DNA of 64,000 nucleotides from a bacterium (GCA_031362565.1 JANLSU010000088.1:1-64000); one strand, 5' to 3'. Counted from the first letter of the stretch, positions 48,813-59,010 are shown. Made by a program: numbers and translations. The notes: generated by a model not told the origin, from the sequence alone.

Positions 48813-50503
48813 GCCGAGGCATGGGTGCGGCAACTCTGCTGCGCGAACTCGAAGCCGCGCGCGACCAGTACGGTGGAAATGCGGCGGCCGGCAAGAGTGC
48901 GCTTCTGGACTCCGTCCCGCGGCTGCGAATGCAGTCTGCACGGCAGGTCGAGCGTTTGCATGAAGCCCTCTGTTTTCTGCGCGCCTATCCGGACGACGCC
49001 GCGGTCCTGGGGCGTGTCGAGCGCTTGCTCGCGGCTTTCCACGTCCGGCCGGACGCCAGGCGTTTCCGCGCCGCGCTCGCGGACACGGGGATTGCCGGCA
49101 CCGATACGCGCTACCAGTTTTTTTGGTTCACGGCGCAATGGCTCGCCGAGCGCTGGCCGGACAGGCTTCGCATCGAGTGGCCGGCATTCCGGAACCACGC
49201 CCAACTCGCACCACTTCTGCCTTTGCTCGTGCCGTACGCGGAAGCGGCGGCACTCGACGACATCGAGCGGCCGGTGCGGCGCTGGATCGAGAGCTGGCGC
49301 GGGCCGGGTGAGACGGATGCGGCATTTCTCGTCCGGCGCTTCGCTGCACTCCGGGTCGACCCGTTCACCGCCGAGGTGTTGTACGAGACGCTCGATCCGC
49401 CGCTCGTCTTGAAGGGTGATGCGGCGCCGTCGCGCACCAATGCGTACGCTCCGGGCAGCAAGGTGGTGTTTCGCAGCCGGCCCTTCGAACGCCAACGGCC
49501 GGATTTGCGCCGTGCGCTGCGGGTGCCGCCACGCGGCATGCGCGACGTTCAGGAGAAGGAAGCGCTCCGGCTCATCGATCTCGCCCGCGAATCCATGGTG
49601 ACACGCAGCCGCGATCTTGATTCCTTCGAGCACGCGGACCCTGCCGACGTGCGCCTGGTCGATTGCGGCGAGGGCTTGCAGTTCGCGTGCATCGGGCTCG
49701 TGCCGGAGCGGCGTGCACTTCTCGATGGCATCTATGGGTACCTGACACTGCAGAACGGCGTACCGATCGGCTATGTGCTGACGAGTTCCCTCTTCGAGTC
49801 CTCGTTCGTGGCCTACAACGTCTTCGAGACATTCCGCCGTGCCGCGGCCGCGCACACGTACGCCCGCGTGTTGTCCATGATCCAAGCGCTCCTGGGCTCG
49901 ACGGCCTTCGTCATCGACCCGTATCAGCTGGGCCACGACAATGCCGAAGGCCAGAAAAGCGGCGCCTGGTGGTTCTACTATAAATTGGGATTTCGTCCGG
50001 CGGATGTGGCGGTGCAGGCACGCGTCCGAACCGAACTCGCGGCCTTGCGGCGCGACCCACGCCACCGTTCGAGTCGCGCGACGCTGCAAGCGCTCGCCGC
50101 GGCGCCGCTTTTTCTCTACGCCGGCCGGCCGCGCGCCGATGTGTTGGGCCGGGTCACGCTCGGCAACGTCAGCCTGCATGTGTCGCGCCTGCTTGCGGAA
50201 CGCGGCGGCGGTCATCGCGAAGCCGCGATCGATGCGTGTGTCGGCGAGGCGGCGCGCCTGCTGGGCGTACGCGCGCCGCGCGCCAACGAAAGCACGCGCC
50301 GCCTCGCCTGGCAACGCTGGGCCCCGCTCGTTCTCGTGCTTCCAGCGGTTTCACGTTGGGGTGCCGGGGATTGCGCCGCGCTCGTGGCGGTCATCGATGC
50401 CAAAGCGGGCCGGCGCGAATCCGACTTCGTGCGGCGCTTCGACAGTCACCGTCGCTTGCGTGCCGCAATCCTGGAACTCGCCCGCCGCTCACCGCCCGGT
50501 TGA
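48809..50503 (+). CDS. hypothetical protein with possible GNAT-like C-terminal region
   Basis: 564-aa ORF coupled by GTGA overlap (alternative ATG 48821); contains NGVPIGY, YNVFETFR, IDPYQLG.DN.EG.KSGAWWFYYKLGFRP. Confidence 0.7.
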   Translation: MSRGMGAATLLRELEAARDQYGGNAAAGKSALLDSVPRLRMQSARQVERLHEALCFLRAYPDDAAVLGRVERLLAAFHVRPDARRFRAALADTGIAGTDTRYQFFWFTAQWLAERWPDRLRIEWPAFRNHAQLAPLLPLLVPYAEAAALDDIERPVRRWIESWRGPGETDAAFLVRRFAALRVDPFTAEVLYETLDPPLVLKGDAAPSRTNAYAPGSKVVFRSRPFERQRPDLRRALRVPPRGMRDVQEKEALRLIDLARESMVTRSRDLDSFEHADPADVRLVDCGEGLQFACIGLVPERRALLDGIYGYLTLQNGVPIGYVLTSSLFESSFVAYNVFETFRRAAAAHTYARVLSMIQALLGSTAFVIDPYQLGHDNAEGQKSGAWWFYYKLGFRPADVAVQARVRTELAALRRDPRHRSSRATLQALAAAPLFLYAGRPRADVLGRVTLGNVSLHVSRLLAERGGGHREAAIDACVGEAARLLGVRAPRANESTRRLAWQRWAPLVLVLPAVSRWGAGDCAALVAVIDAKAGRRESDFVRRFDSHRRLRAAILELARRSPPG

Positions 50504-50524
50504 CACGGGCGGTGCGCGGCTCCG

Positions 50525-53394
50525 ATGCTCGTGCCCCTCGAGAGTGAGTGGAGGAGTTCCGCCATCGCTGCCACATCCGGAAGCGTCGCTTCGCGCGGCG
50601 GCCTTCCACTTCAGTCCAGCCTTCTTCTTGCTGGAATATTTTGTGCCTCGGGCGCATCGGCTCTGGTTTTCGAAGTCATCTGGTTTCAGCTTGCCGGTTT
50701 GGTCTTTGGAAGCAGTGTCTGGGCGACGAGCGTCGTGCTGGCCGGCTTCATGGCAGGTCTTGGACTCGGAAACTGCGCGGTGAATCGATACGGCGACCGC
50801 ATCATGCAGCCGCTACGCATTTATGCGATTCTGGAACTTATCGTTGCCGTCGGCGGCATTTCGCTTTCGCTGCTGCTGCAACAACTGCCATCAATCGCTG
50901 CGCACGTCCTCGGCGGCCTCGCGAACCACCTCGTGGCCTTGAACTTTGTCCGGTTTGCCAGCGCGTTTGTCCTCCTGCTCATTCCAACAACGGCAATGGG
51001 CATGACGCTCCCCGTGCTCGTCGCAACACTGGCGCGCCGCGGGCTGTCGTTCGGACGCGCGCTCGGTTGGCTCTATGGGTGGAATACGTTCGGTGCCGTC
51101 TTGGGTGTGCTCGCCGCCGAGTTGTTCTTCGTCGAGCGAGTTGGAATCATGGGCACCGCGTTCGTTGCTGGAGTACTGAACCTTGCCGCGGCGTCTTGCG
51201 CTGGCGTGCTTGTCGCTGGGGGGGGGGGGGGGGGGGGTAGAATTTCGAACCGGTTTGGCCATCCACTGCAGATTCGTCTCCCGCCCCCCGCGCATGGAGA
51301 ACGATCATTGCTGCCTCTCTTTCGGGGTGCGCACTGCTCGCTCTCGAGGTTCTCTGGTTCCGATTTCTTTCGCTCTTCGTGTCGAACAACTCGCTGGCGC
51401 TCGCACTCATGTTGGCGACGGTTCTGCTGGGAATCTCGATCGGTGGCTTGCTCGGTGGCTTGCTCAGCGGCAAACGGGCCTGGAGCCTGCCGTTGGTTGC
51501 GGTCGTTGCTGCTGCGACCGTCGCCATCACCTATCGGCTGTTTGCCGGCGCGTTGACCGACGCCACACCGTTTTCGTGGCAGACCGTTGTCGCTTACTCT
51601 GTACGGTTGATTCTGCCGACGGCGATTCTCTCTGGGATCTTGTTCACTCTGCAAGGCGACGTTCTGCGACGTCAGTACCCGAATGACGTCCGGGCCGCCG
51701 GCATTCTCACGCTCGCGAACACAACTGGCGCCACCTGCGGTTCGCTTCTCGCGGGGTTCGTGCTCCTGCCACAGCTCGGCCTCGAGAACGCCTTCGGCGT
51801 GGTCGTGATGCTCTATCTCGCGACTGCGGCTCTCCTTCTGGGCCGCCATCCACGCCGACGCCTCTGGGTGTCGATGGCTGCACTTGCAGTCGCGACCGCC
51901 GCACTTTTTCCTTTCGGAATCATGCAGCGCTTTTGCATCCCCGCATCGGTGAAGAGTTTCGCCGCCGATGGCGCCAGAGTCGTGGCGACGCGCGATACGC
52001 CAACCGAGAGCATTTCGTACATGCGGCGCGACTGGTTCGGTGAACCGGTCTACTATCGGCTCGTCACCAATGGCTTCTCGATGTCCGGCACCGGCGTGCC
52101 GGCGAAGCGTTACATGCGCCTGTACGCTTTCTGGCCAGCCGCGGTATGCCCACAACCGATCCGTAGCGCGCTCGTCATCAGCTATGGCGTTGGAGTCACG
52201 GTCAGTGCGGTGCGTGATCTGAAAACCGTGACCTCGATCGACGTCGTCGATATTTCGCGAGATATTGTCGAGATGAGCAAGTTGATCTATCCAGCCGCAA
52301 TACACCCTCTGAACGACTCTCGGGTGTCGTTGCACATCGAAGATGGCCGGCAATTCCTCCTCCTGACGGAGAAGCGTTTTGATCTCATCACGGGCGAGCC
52401 ACCACCACCCCGCCTTCCCGGTACCGTAAATCTGTATACGCGCGAGTATTTCCAACTCATGCACGACCGGTTGACGGAAAATGGCGTCGCCACGTACTGG
52501 TTGCCGATTGCGGATCTTCTCGAGGCGGATGCGAAGACCATCATCCGGGCGTTTGGAGAAGCGTTTTCGAACTATTCCGTTTGGGCCGGCACGCCGACCG
52601 ATTGGATGCTCGTCGGATTTCGCGGCGCCCCTCGCCCCAACTCAGCGGCTGCATTTCGCAGTCTCTGGTCGGACTCGACGATTGGACCGCAGCTGCGCGA
52701 AATGGGTTTCGAATCGCCGGCGCAAATCGGCGCGACGTTTCTCGGCGACGCGGCCTATTGGAACCGTCAGACGGAGAACGTTGCACCGCTCACTGACAAC
52801 TATCCCAAGCGCCTTCACCCGTTGTATTCGGATCCCGGTCAGGAGCGGATGTTCTTCTTCGCGAACGCGGTGAGCCCGCCCCAAACGCGCATTCTTTTTC
52901 GGAACAGCCCGTTCATCAAGACACTACTTCCAGCGGAAATGATCGAGCCGATGGACGCTGCCTTCCAGTGGCAGTCGGCGGTCAATGTTGCGCTCGAATT
53001 GGCGCCGCATCCGGTCGCGAACATCATGACACTGCACCGCGTGCTGACTCAAACGGAGTACTCGACACTGCCCCTGTGGCTGCTCGGCGCCAATGAAGCA
53101 GTGCGGCGCATTGCATCGACCGCGACCACCGTGGACAGCACTGGTTCGATCGAGTATGTCCAGGCGCTGGTGGCGCTTTCGGAGCGCCGGTACGACGCAG
53201 CGGCTTCGCTCTTTGCGCTGGCCCGCGAACACGGTTGGACAGCACTCACTGGCCGTTACCTCGAGGTGTATGCGTTGTGCTTGGCCGGGCGTACGGGCGA
53301 CGCAGCACGTCTCGCCCAGGACTTGCGCAGCAACGCCCCCGGCACCTCGTACCACGAGTTCTGGCGATTTGTCGACGACGTGTTCCATCTCTGA
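50525..53394 (+). pseudogene. fused multi-TM membrane / spermidine synthase-like methyltransferase protein, interrupted at a G20 tract
   Basis: N-part SGASALVFEVIWF, YGWNTFGAVLG; C-part (different frame) LEVLWFRFL, ANTTGA, ALVISYGVGVT, DVVDIS, EDGRQFL, FDLIT.EPPPP, NLYTREYF; frames switch at G run 51218-51237. Confidence 0.75.
51218..51237 (+). repeat. G20 homopolymer
   Basis: Twenty consecutive G followed by TAG. Confidence 0.95.
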
Positions 53395-53412
53395 CGCGCG
53401 CCGCAACGCCCG

Positions 53413-53667
53413 TCAGGCGGCGCGATCCGAATTGGCAAGTGCGTGCAGCGTCTCGGGGGCGATATCCGCGCCGTTCGGCCAGGCGACGGTGCCGCCTTCC
53501 AGCATGAACGCCGCGAAATAGCCCGGATCGTGCCATGGCTCGAAAACGGGTCCCGCTGCAAGCCACTGGCTGAAGTCGACCGTGCCCTGAGTGCCGTCGT
53601 TGAACACCAGGTAAATCCGGTATCCACCCCGGTGCTCGGCACGGACAACGGCAGGTAGCAGTGCCAT
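53413..53667 (-). CDS. DUF2442 family protein (putative antitoxin-like)
   Basis: YRIYLVFNDG..G.VD, GPVFEP..D..YF, TVAWPNGADIAPETL; GAGGAAGG upstream. Confidence 0.85.
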   Translation of the reverse strand: MALLPAVVRAEHRGGYRIYLVFNDGTQGTVDFSQWLAAGPVFEPWHDPGYFAAFMLEGGTVAWPNGADIAPETLHALANSDRAA

Positions 53668-53858
53668 ACAGATCCTTCCTCGATTTGCTGCAAAAGGTTC
53701 TGCGAATCGATGCTACAGCGCGTTCATTCAGCCACGCAAGCTGACACGTCCTGAGGGCCTTTGAGGACTTCCGCCCCTCGAGCGCCGGCCGGTGCTAGAA
53801 TAGAGGGCGCCTGATGGCTCTCGATCCGATGCCTCCGCCGGATTTCCCATGGGGACCC

Positions 53859-56800
53859 ATGATCTTCGCCGTGCCTGACACCGCTTTGGGGTCCGTATTG
53901 CGCCGTAGGGCGCGCACCGCCGTGTTCGGCGCGGCATGGCTTCTGGCGCTTGCCCCGCCAGCCGTCGCGCCGGCCGCCGGCCCCACTCTCGCACCCACCA
54001 CCGACAGCATCGCGGCCGAGAATGCCCTTCCGGGTAATCCGGCGAGCGAATGGGACGTCGTGGGGAACGGCGATCCCGCTCTGCAGGGATTCGCGACCGA
54101 CATCAGCGTCAATCATGGCGCGACGATCCAGTTCAAGGTGAGCACTACGGCGACGGACTATCGCATCGACATCTATCGCATGGGGTACTACGGCGGGATG
54201 GGGGCACGGCGCGTAGCCACGGTGCAGCCGTCGGTGCCACTGCCGCAATCGCAGCCGACGTGCGTGATCGACAATCCCACCCGTTGCGCCGACTGCGGCA
54301 ATTGGGCGGTGTCGGCATCGTGGAACGTCCCCGCCAACGCCGTTTCCGGCATCTACATCGCCAAGCTCGTGCGCGAGGATCCGGAGGACGGGCGTTCGAG
54401 CCACATCATCTTCGTGGTGCGTGACGACGAGAGCCACTCCCAGTTGTTCTTCCAAACGTCGGATGCGACGTGGGCGGCTTACAATGTGTATCCAAACTTC
54501 AGCCTCTACACGGTGCCGCGTGCGTACAAGGCGTCGTACAACCGGCCGCTCGTGAATCGTACTCAGAAACCGTGGGACACGGTGTTCAACGCCGAATACC
54601 CCATGGTGCGTTGGCTCGAACGCAACGGCTACGACGTGAGTTACACCACCGACCTGGACAGTGACCGGCGCGGCGCGGAGATTCTCGAGCATCAGGTGTT
54701 TCTCTCCGTCGGGCACGACGAGTATTGGTCGCAGGGCCAGCGGGCAGCGGTCGAGGCAGCGCGCGCCGCCGGCGTTCATCTCGCATTCTTCAGCGGCAAC
54801 GAGACGTACTGGAAGACGCGTTGGGAACCGAGCCTCGACGGCCAAGCGACCCCGTATCGCACTCTCGTTTGCTACAAGGAGACCCAGGCCGGCGCCAAGA
54901 TCGATCCGCTGCCGGACGTGTGGACGGGCCAGTGGCGTGACTGCAGTTTCTCGCCACCGGCCGACGGCTGCCGTCCGGAAAATGCGCTCTCGGGCCAGAT
55001 GAGTTGGACCACCACGTTGTGCAACGGATCGGTGTGCGGCATTCAAGTACCGGCGACGTTCGCGCCGATGCGCCTGTGGCGCAATACCGGCATCGCGACT
55101 CTTCCGACCGGCGCAGTCGCGGCACTGCCGCCCGCGACGCTCGGCTTCGAATGGGACTACGAACAGTTCGCGGCGTCGGCGCCCCCAGGGCTCGTATGGC
55201 TGTCGAGCACCACGGCGAGCGGTTTGACCCATCACGTCTCGCTCTACCGGCACCCGAGCGGGGCACTCGTCTTCGGCGCCGGCACCATTCAATGGTCGTG
55301 GGGACTCGACGATCACCACACGCTGGGGCGCTGGCCACCGTTCGCAGGTTCGGCGCCCGATGTTCGAATGCAACAAGCCACCGTCAACGTGCTGGGTGAA
55401 ATGGGCGTCACGGCGGCGTCGTTGCAGAACGACCTCGTCGCCGCATTCCCGTCGGGTGACACGACACCGCCCGTTTCGACGCTTCTCGCTCCGGCCGCCG
55501 GTGATTCCTTGTTGAGCGGTCCGGTGGCGATTCAAGGTTCGGCGATGGACGCCGCCGGCGCAGTGGGTGCGGTCGAAGTCTCGGTCGATGGCGGCCTCAC
55601 CTGGAGGCGCGCGCAAGGCCTCGAGAACTGGAGCTACCTCTGGGATGCGCCGCCGCATGCGGGCAACGTGACGCTGCGGTGCCGCGCCACGGACGACTTG
55701 GGCAACTTGGAAACCCCGGGCGCGGGCATCACGCTCAACGTCGGCGGACCACCCGTCGAACTCATGAGCGTTGGCGCCGCCGAAACGATCGTCCAAAACG
55801 GCGTCGACACCGCCCACTTCACGATACTGACCAAGAGCAACGGCGGCGCGGCGACGGGGCTCGCGATCCATGTTGTCGTCCTTAGCAACCACGGCGACTC
55901 GTTCGATCTCGGCACCGAGAACTTCACGCTTGCGGCCAAAGCGTCACACTCGAGCCCCTTCAGTTGGCCCGTGCCACCGGTTGCCTACCCGTGGGAGCTA
56001 TCGGTACGCGCCGATCTCGCCCGCGATGGCCAGCCGATTGCTTCGCTGACCCAGAAGGCGGCTTGCACCGGCATGGTGATGTCGCACCCCGACTTGCAAA
56101 CCGCGCTCGGGCAACTGCAGCCGCCCACCGGCTGCCTCACGCCGCCGACCCCGTGCGATGCAACGATCCTCGGCGCCGTGCCGCATTTCGGCACCTTGGC
56201 CCAGTTCGTGCCGGCGGTCAGCGGACTCTGTGCGGGGGCGGCGTCATTCAATGCCGCGCACTTGCTGCCCGCCGGAACGGCGACGCTCGCCGCCCTGACG
56301 CGAATGATCGATCCACTGCTCGCTTCACTGCTGCAAACGAGCCCGGTGTCGGACGCCGTGCCGGTCACCGTCGTCAATGCAATGCAGTGCCAGATCGCAC
56401 GGGTCCAACAGGCGCTCACCGCCCTCCCCGCCGGCGCGCGAATCGATTCATTGGCGAGTGCGGTGCAGTCGACCTTTGCGGCCGCCGGACGCACGTACTC
56501 CAACGAACTTTTCGTACGCGGGCCGGCCAATCTGAAGATCGGGCGTGAGGGACATTGGACATCGACGACGACGCTCGACCTGCGCGATGCGTATGTGTTC
56601 GACGCCGGCGGTGCGCTGCAGTGGGGCCACGCCGGTCCCGAACCGCGGCGTCTGGGCGCGTCGAGCCCCAACCCGCATGCGAGCGCCGAGATCGAACTGC
56701 GGGCCACCGGCCCCGGAACCATCGACTTCGGCTTCCTGCATCGAGGCGCAAATGGTGTGGTGCAGTGGATTCGCTTTGCGCCGATTCCGGTGACCGCCAC

Positions 56801-57227
56801 CACGGTCTTCCGGGAAGTCGTCTCCGATGACCTCCTGTATCCGTGGGGATTCGCGCTCTTCGAGGATTTTCAGAGCGACGGCATCATGGATGAGATTCTG
56901 TATCCGGGGGGCCTCAGGCCAAGTGACGTGGCCGGCGGCCCGTCGATCCCCCGCTTCCGGCTCTTGCCGGCACGGCCGAATCCGTTCAATCCCTCGACGC
57001 TCGTAAGCTACGAGTTGCCGGCATCGGGACCGGTCGCGGTGCGGATTCAGGATGTTCGCGGTCGCGTGCTCCGCACTCTCGAGGAGGGCGTCGTTGCAGC
57101 CGGTCCGCATCAAGTCGAGTGGAACGGCCGCCGCGACGATGGCCGAGCGGTCGCGAGCGGCATGTACTTCGTCCACATCGTCAGCCCCTGGGGCAACGCC
57201 ACACAAAAGCTCACCCTGCTGAAATAG
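53859..57227 (+). CDS. secreted multidomain protein: N,N-dimethylformamidase beta-subunit-like domain, Ig-like domain, unknown domain, C-terminal FlgD-Ig
   Basis: ENALPGNPASEWD, GFATDISVN, IYRMGYY.G.GAR, QTSDATW.AYN, SVGHDEYWS, FFSGNE.YWK, GTIQWSWGLD; VEVSVDGG.TW; PNPFNP...SGMYFV...KLTLLK; start uncertain (53814-53871). Confidence 0.82.
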   Translation: MIFAVPDTALGSVLRRRARTAVFGAAWLLALAPPAVAPAAGPTLAPTTDSIAAENALPGNPASEWDVVGNGDPALQGFATDISVNHGATIQFKVSTTATDYRIDIYRMGYYGGMGARRVATVQPSVPLPQSQPTCVIDNPTRCADCGNWAVSASWNVPANAVSGIYIAKLVREDPEDGRSSHIIFVVRDDESHSQLFFQTSDATWAAYNVYPNFSLYTVPRAYKASYNRPLVNRTQKPWDTVFNAEYPMVRWLERNGYDVSYTTDLDSDRRGAEILEHQVFLSVGHDEYWSQGQRAAVEAARAAGVHLAFFSGNETYWKTRWEPSLDGQATPYRTLVCYKETQAGAKIDPLPDVWTGQWRDCSFSPPADGCRPENALSGQMSWTTTLCNGSVCGIQVPATFAPMRLWRNTGIATLPTGAVAALPPATLGFEWDYEQFAASAPPGLVWLSSTTASGLTHHVSLYRHPSGALVFGAGTIQWSWGLDDHHTLGRWPPFAGSAPDVRMQQATVNVLGEMGVTAASLQNDLVAAFPSGDTTPPVSTLLAPAAGDSLLSGPVAIQGSAMDAAGAVGAVEVSVDGGLTWRRAQGLENWSYLWDAPPHAGNVTLRCRATDDLGNLETPGAGITLNVGGPPVELMSVGAAETIVQNGVDTAHFTILTKSNGGAATGLAIHVVVLSNHGDSFDLGTENFTLAAKASHSSPFSWPVPPVAYPWELSVRADLARDGQPIASLTQKAACTGMVMSHPDLQTALGQLQPPTGCLTPPTPCDATILGAVPHFGTLAQFVPAVSGLCAGAASFNAAHLLPAGTATLAALTRMIDPLLASLLQTSPVSDAVPVTVVNAMQCQIARVQQALTALPAGARIDSLASAVQSTFAAAGRTYSNELFVRGPANLKIGREGHWTSTTTLDLRDAYVFDAGGALQWGHAGPEPRRLGASSPNPHASAEIELRATGPGTIDFGFLHRGANGVVQWIRFAPIPVTATTVFREVVSDDLLYPWGFALFEDFQSDGIMDEILYPGGLRPSDVAGGPSIPRFRLLPARPNPFNPSTLVSYELPASGPVAVRIQDVRGRVLRTLEEGVVAAGPHQVEWNGRRDDGRAVASGMYFVHIVSPWGNATQKLTLLK

Positions 57228-57329
57228 CTCCAGCGACATCCGGACGCCTATCCGGACGCCGAGGGGCCCGTGCTAGACTCGTTCCATCGTACTGTGATCG
57301 AACATGGACTTATTCGCCGGAGGCTCGTC

Positions 57330-58022
57330 GTGTCCAACATCGAGGCTTTGCATCGCTTCCGTTCCGCTTTGGCCACCCTCCTGCTGCTCGTCGTAGTCCC
57401 GGGAGCCGCCAGCGCCGCGCCGTTCGCGTGGTCGGTGCCGTCGGGAGTCGAGACTTGGAGCACGGAGCACGTCCACACCGTGCTCTGGAGTGGCGGGCCC
57501 GCCTCTCCGATCAACATCTACCTGATTCAGCTTCCCATGAATGTGGTCGCGCAAACCGTAGCGCTGAACGACACGAACGACGGTGAAAGACAGTTCAGGT
57601 TGAGCGCGACGCTCGCCCCTGGGACCTATCAGTTGTACATCGAGGATACGGCACAGACGACGTGGACGTACGGGTTCCAGTTCCACATTCAGGTTTCGGA
57701 CCCGTGTATATCGCCGTGCACAAGCGGGGCGCTTGGATCTCCGGCCCTCGTCTGTGGGCAGACGCAGGCAGAGGCGGAGGCGCTGGCCATCGCGCTCGCC
57801 CAATCGCAGATTGCTTGCGGTATGGCGGGCGACATCGATCCCAACTCGATCCGGATCGAGACGACGCTACTAAATGTCGGGGGGTTCGCGTGTCCTTCCG
57901 GCTACGGCGGTGCGTACGCGGTGGAAGCCTCGGCAATCTGGTGCTGCTGCCCGCGTCCAGTGGACGTCCAACCGATGCCGTGGTCGCGCGTGAAGTCGCT
58001 GTATCGAGAGCTCGGTGACTGA
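57330..58022 (+). CDS. secreted hypothetical protein with Ig-like N-domain, Cys-rich C-domain and 'MPWSRVKSLYR' tail
   Basis: GGAGG RBS before GTG 57330; signal peptide ...GAASA|AP; P.GGETW-like Ig start; WCCCP; W-S-x-V-K-x-L-Y tail. Confidence 0.75.
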   Translation: MSNIEALHRFRSALATLLLLVVVPGAASAAPFAWSVPSGVETWSTEHVHTVLWSGGPASPINIYLIQLPMNVVAQTVALNDTNDGERQFRLSATLAPGTYQLYIEDTAQTTWTYGFQFHIQVSDPCISPCTSGALGSPALVCGQTQAEAEALAIALAQSQIACGMAGDIDPNSIRIETTLLNVGGFACPSGYGGAYAVEASAIWCCCPRPVDVQPMPWSRVKSLYRELGD

Positions 58023-58053
58023 GGCAGGGCCCCCGTTCGGCATGCGGCCATCT

Positions 58054-58749
58054 CTATTGTAGGATCGCGTCAACGATACATGCGGCGTGAACTTGCGTTG
58101 TGTCGATGAACGGAATGCCATGATGGTCTTCGAGACGGAGTAAGAGCGGCAATTCGGTGCCGCCGAGAATGACCGCATCGATCCCATCCCGGGCCGCCAT
58201 TCGGTCGACGAGAGCCAGCAGAAGTTCCTTCGTCGTCGCGAGGAAGCTGCCCTGCAGGAGCTCACGCAGGTAGATGTCATGGACGACGTCTTGTTCGGCA
58301 GGTGAAGGCGGCACGATCTCGAGGCCGGCGCGCGCGAAGACCTCGGGATAGAAGCGGCCCTGCATCGTGTATCGGGTTCCCAGTAGCGCCAGACGCCGAA
58401 AGCCGCGGTCGCGCGCCGCATCCCGGGTTGCTTCGACGATGCTGAGGAGCGGCAGCGGCGAGCGAGCGCGCAACTCGTCGAAAACGATATGCGGCGTGTT
58501 CGCCGCGATCACCGCGAAGTCGGCGCCGCCGCGCGCCAGCACCTCCACCGCCGCCAGTAAGTAGGCCGTCACCTCCGCGAGCCGGTTCGCCGCCATGAGA
58601 TCGAGCAGTGTTTGCACGTCGACGCTGTGGATGAGGAGCGACGGATTGTGGCCGTCGTTGCGCACGGTGCGATAGCGCTCGAGGATCGCCCGATAGTAGT
58701 CGATGGTCGATTCGGGGCCGACGCCGCCCACGATCCCGGCTGTCTTCAT
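58054..58749 (-). CDS. aspartate/glutamate racemase family protein
   Basis: MKTAGIVGGVGPESTIDYY, GADF..IAANTPH, LLGTRYTM, ILGGTELP, DTT..H. Confidence 0.88.
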   Translation of the reverse strand: MKTAGIVGGVGPESTIDYYRAILERYRTVRNDGHNPSLLIHSVDVQTLLDLMAANRLAEVTAYLLAAVEVLARGGADFAVIAANTPHIVFDELRARSPLPLLSIVEATRDAARDRGFRRLALLGTRYTMQGRFYPEVFARAGLEIVPPSPAEQDVVHDIYLRELLQGSFLATTKELLLALVDRMAARDGIDAVILGGTELPLLLRLEDHHGIPFIDTTQVHAACIVDAILQ

Positions 58750-58890
58750 CGCCAAGCCCCGATTCGGTCGACCGGGGCAGCCCGGGCTGCCCAGTACACA
58801 TGCCCCTCATTTTGCACCATCCAGCCACCCGGTGGCGTCCGTAGTGGTGCCTCAAAGGAGGCCTTGCCTCCATGTCCAAAGACGACCCTA

Positions 58891-59010
58891 AAGCCATCGT
58901 TCGACCTGATCAAGGTCCGCAATAGACGAATCACCGATCACTGGGTGGTGATCGACCAGATGCTGCTGCTGACGCAGCTCGGAGCAATGAATTCGAGCCC
59001 GACCCCCTGA
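58891..59010 (+). pseudogene. C-terminal remnant of an ester cyclase (SnoaL-like) gene
   Basis: FDLIKVRNRRITDHWVVIDQMLLLTQLGA resembles ester-cyclase C-termini (KI.EHW...D...L.QLG); no matching N-terminal part upstream. Confidence 0.5.

Noticed and set aside
6348..55892. Numerous long antisense or alternate-frame ORFs (e.g. 6348-8348, 10254-13088, 46816-48267, 48461-50314, 53724-55892, and recurring ORFs opposite each paralog)
   Set aside because: Shadow ORFs expected from high-GC codon bias; no recognisable motifs, and they recur only because the sense genes are repeated
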